Source of the DNA: Setoptus koraiensis
Lineage: Eukaryota > Animalia > Arthropoda
Length of the DNA stretch: 64,000 nucleotides
Direction: 5' to 3'
Assembly: GCA_048013815.1 (NCBI GenBank)
Contig: CM106585.1
Span: 8,556,001 to 8,620,000, forward strand
Shown: positions 63,899-64,000 of the stretch, piece by piece
Layout: every line of letters starts with the position of its first letter
Position numbering within the stretch: position 1 is the stretch's first letter
The notes under the pieces: generated by a model
What the model was told of the DNA's origin: nothing
Seen by the model: the letters and a program-made list of their open reading frames with translations, nothing else
The model's database searches: none
Program-made: the position numbers and the translations under genes

Positions 63899-64000
63899 TT
63901 AATATTTGATGAGGCCTTTGTAATGGGCTTCGTATGGAGTCAGTTTCTTGATGATTTTCTCGTCGCCAATCTTCTCCGTGATCTCTATAGGCTGCAAGGG
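63899..64000 (-). CDS. C1A protease copy 3, 3' end only (runs off window)
   Basis: PLQPIEITEKIGDEKIIKKLTPYEAHYKGLIKY*, with a downstream flank homologous to copies 1 and 2. Confidence 0.88.
   Translation of the reverse strand, partial: PLQPIEITEKIGDEKIIKKLTPYEAHYKGLIKY

Overview
Eukaryotic genomic DNA from an arthropod with few introns, most plausibly an acariform (eriophyoid-like) mite; the taxon is inferred from the gene set and intron loss, not proven. 1.7-25.9 kb: a five-exon glutamate-gated chloride channel gene (GluCl) with 13.0, 5.6, 0.15 and 3.2 kb introns. Its introns are rich in microsatellites and GGGCCC; intron 4 holds a nested antisense three-exon gene for a secreted orphan protein, and the last exon overlaps the stop of a convergent, C-terminally truncated LKB1/STK11 by 37 nt. 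28-36 kb: a compact housekeeping block of a miniaturised NudE, Su(H)/CSL and ARIH2. 36-49 kb: gene-poor low-complexity DNA with one small secreted orphan ORF. 49.8-52.1 kb: an intronless TERT with no TEN domain but a long fingers insertion. 52.4-64 kb: a minus-strand block of lineage-specific secreted proteins, an 88-bp near-perfect inverted repeat, a DD35D pogo-like transposase fragment and at least three tandem papain-family (C1A) proteases. The two complete protease copies carry a ~275-aa insert with an RSKR cleavage motif and NLS-like basic clusters just before the catalytic domain; these candidate nucleus-targeted secreted protease effectors are the strongest novel-system candidate. All coordinates and counts were derived by eye; no database searches were run.
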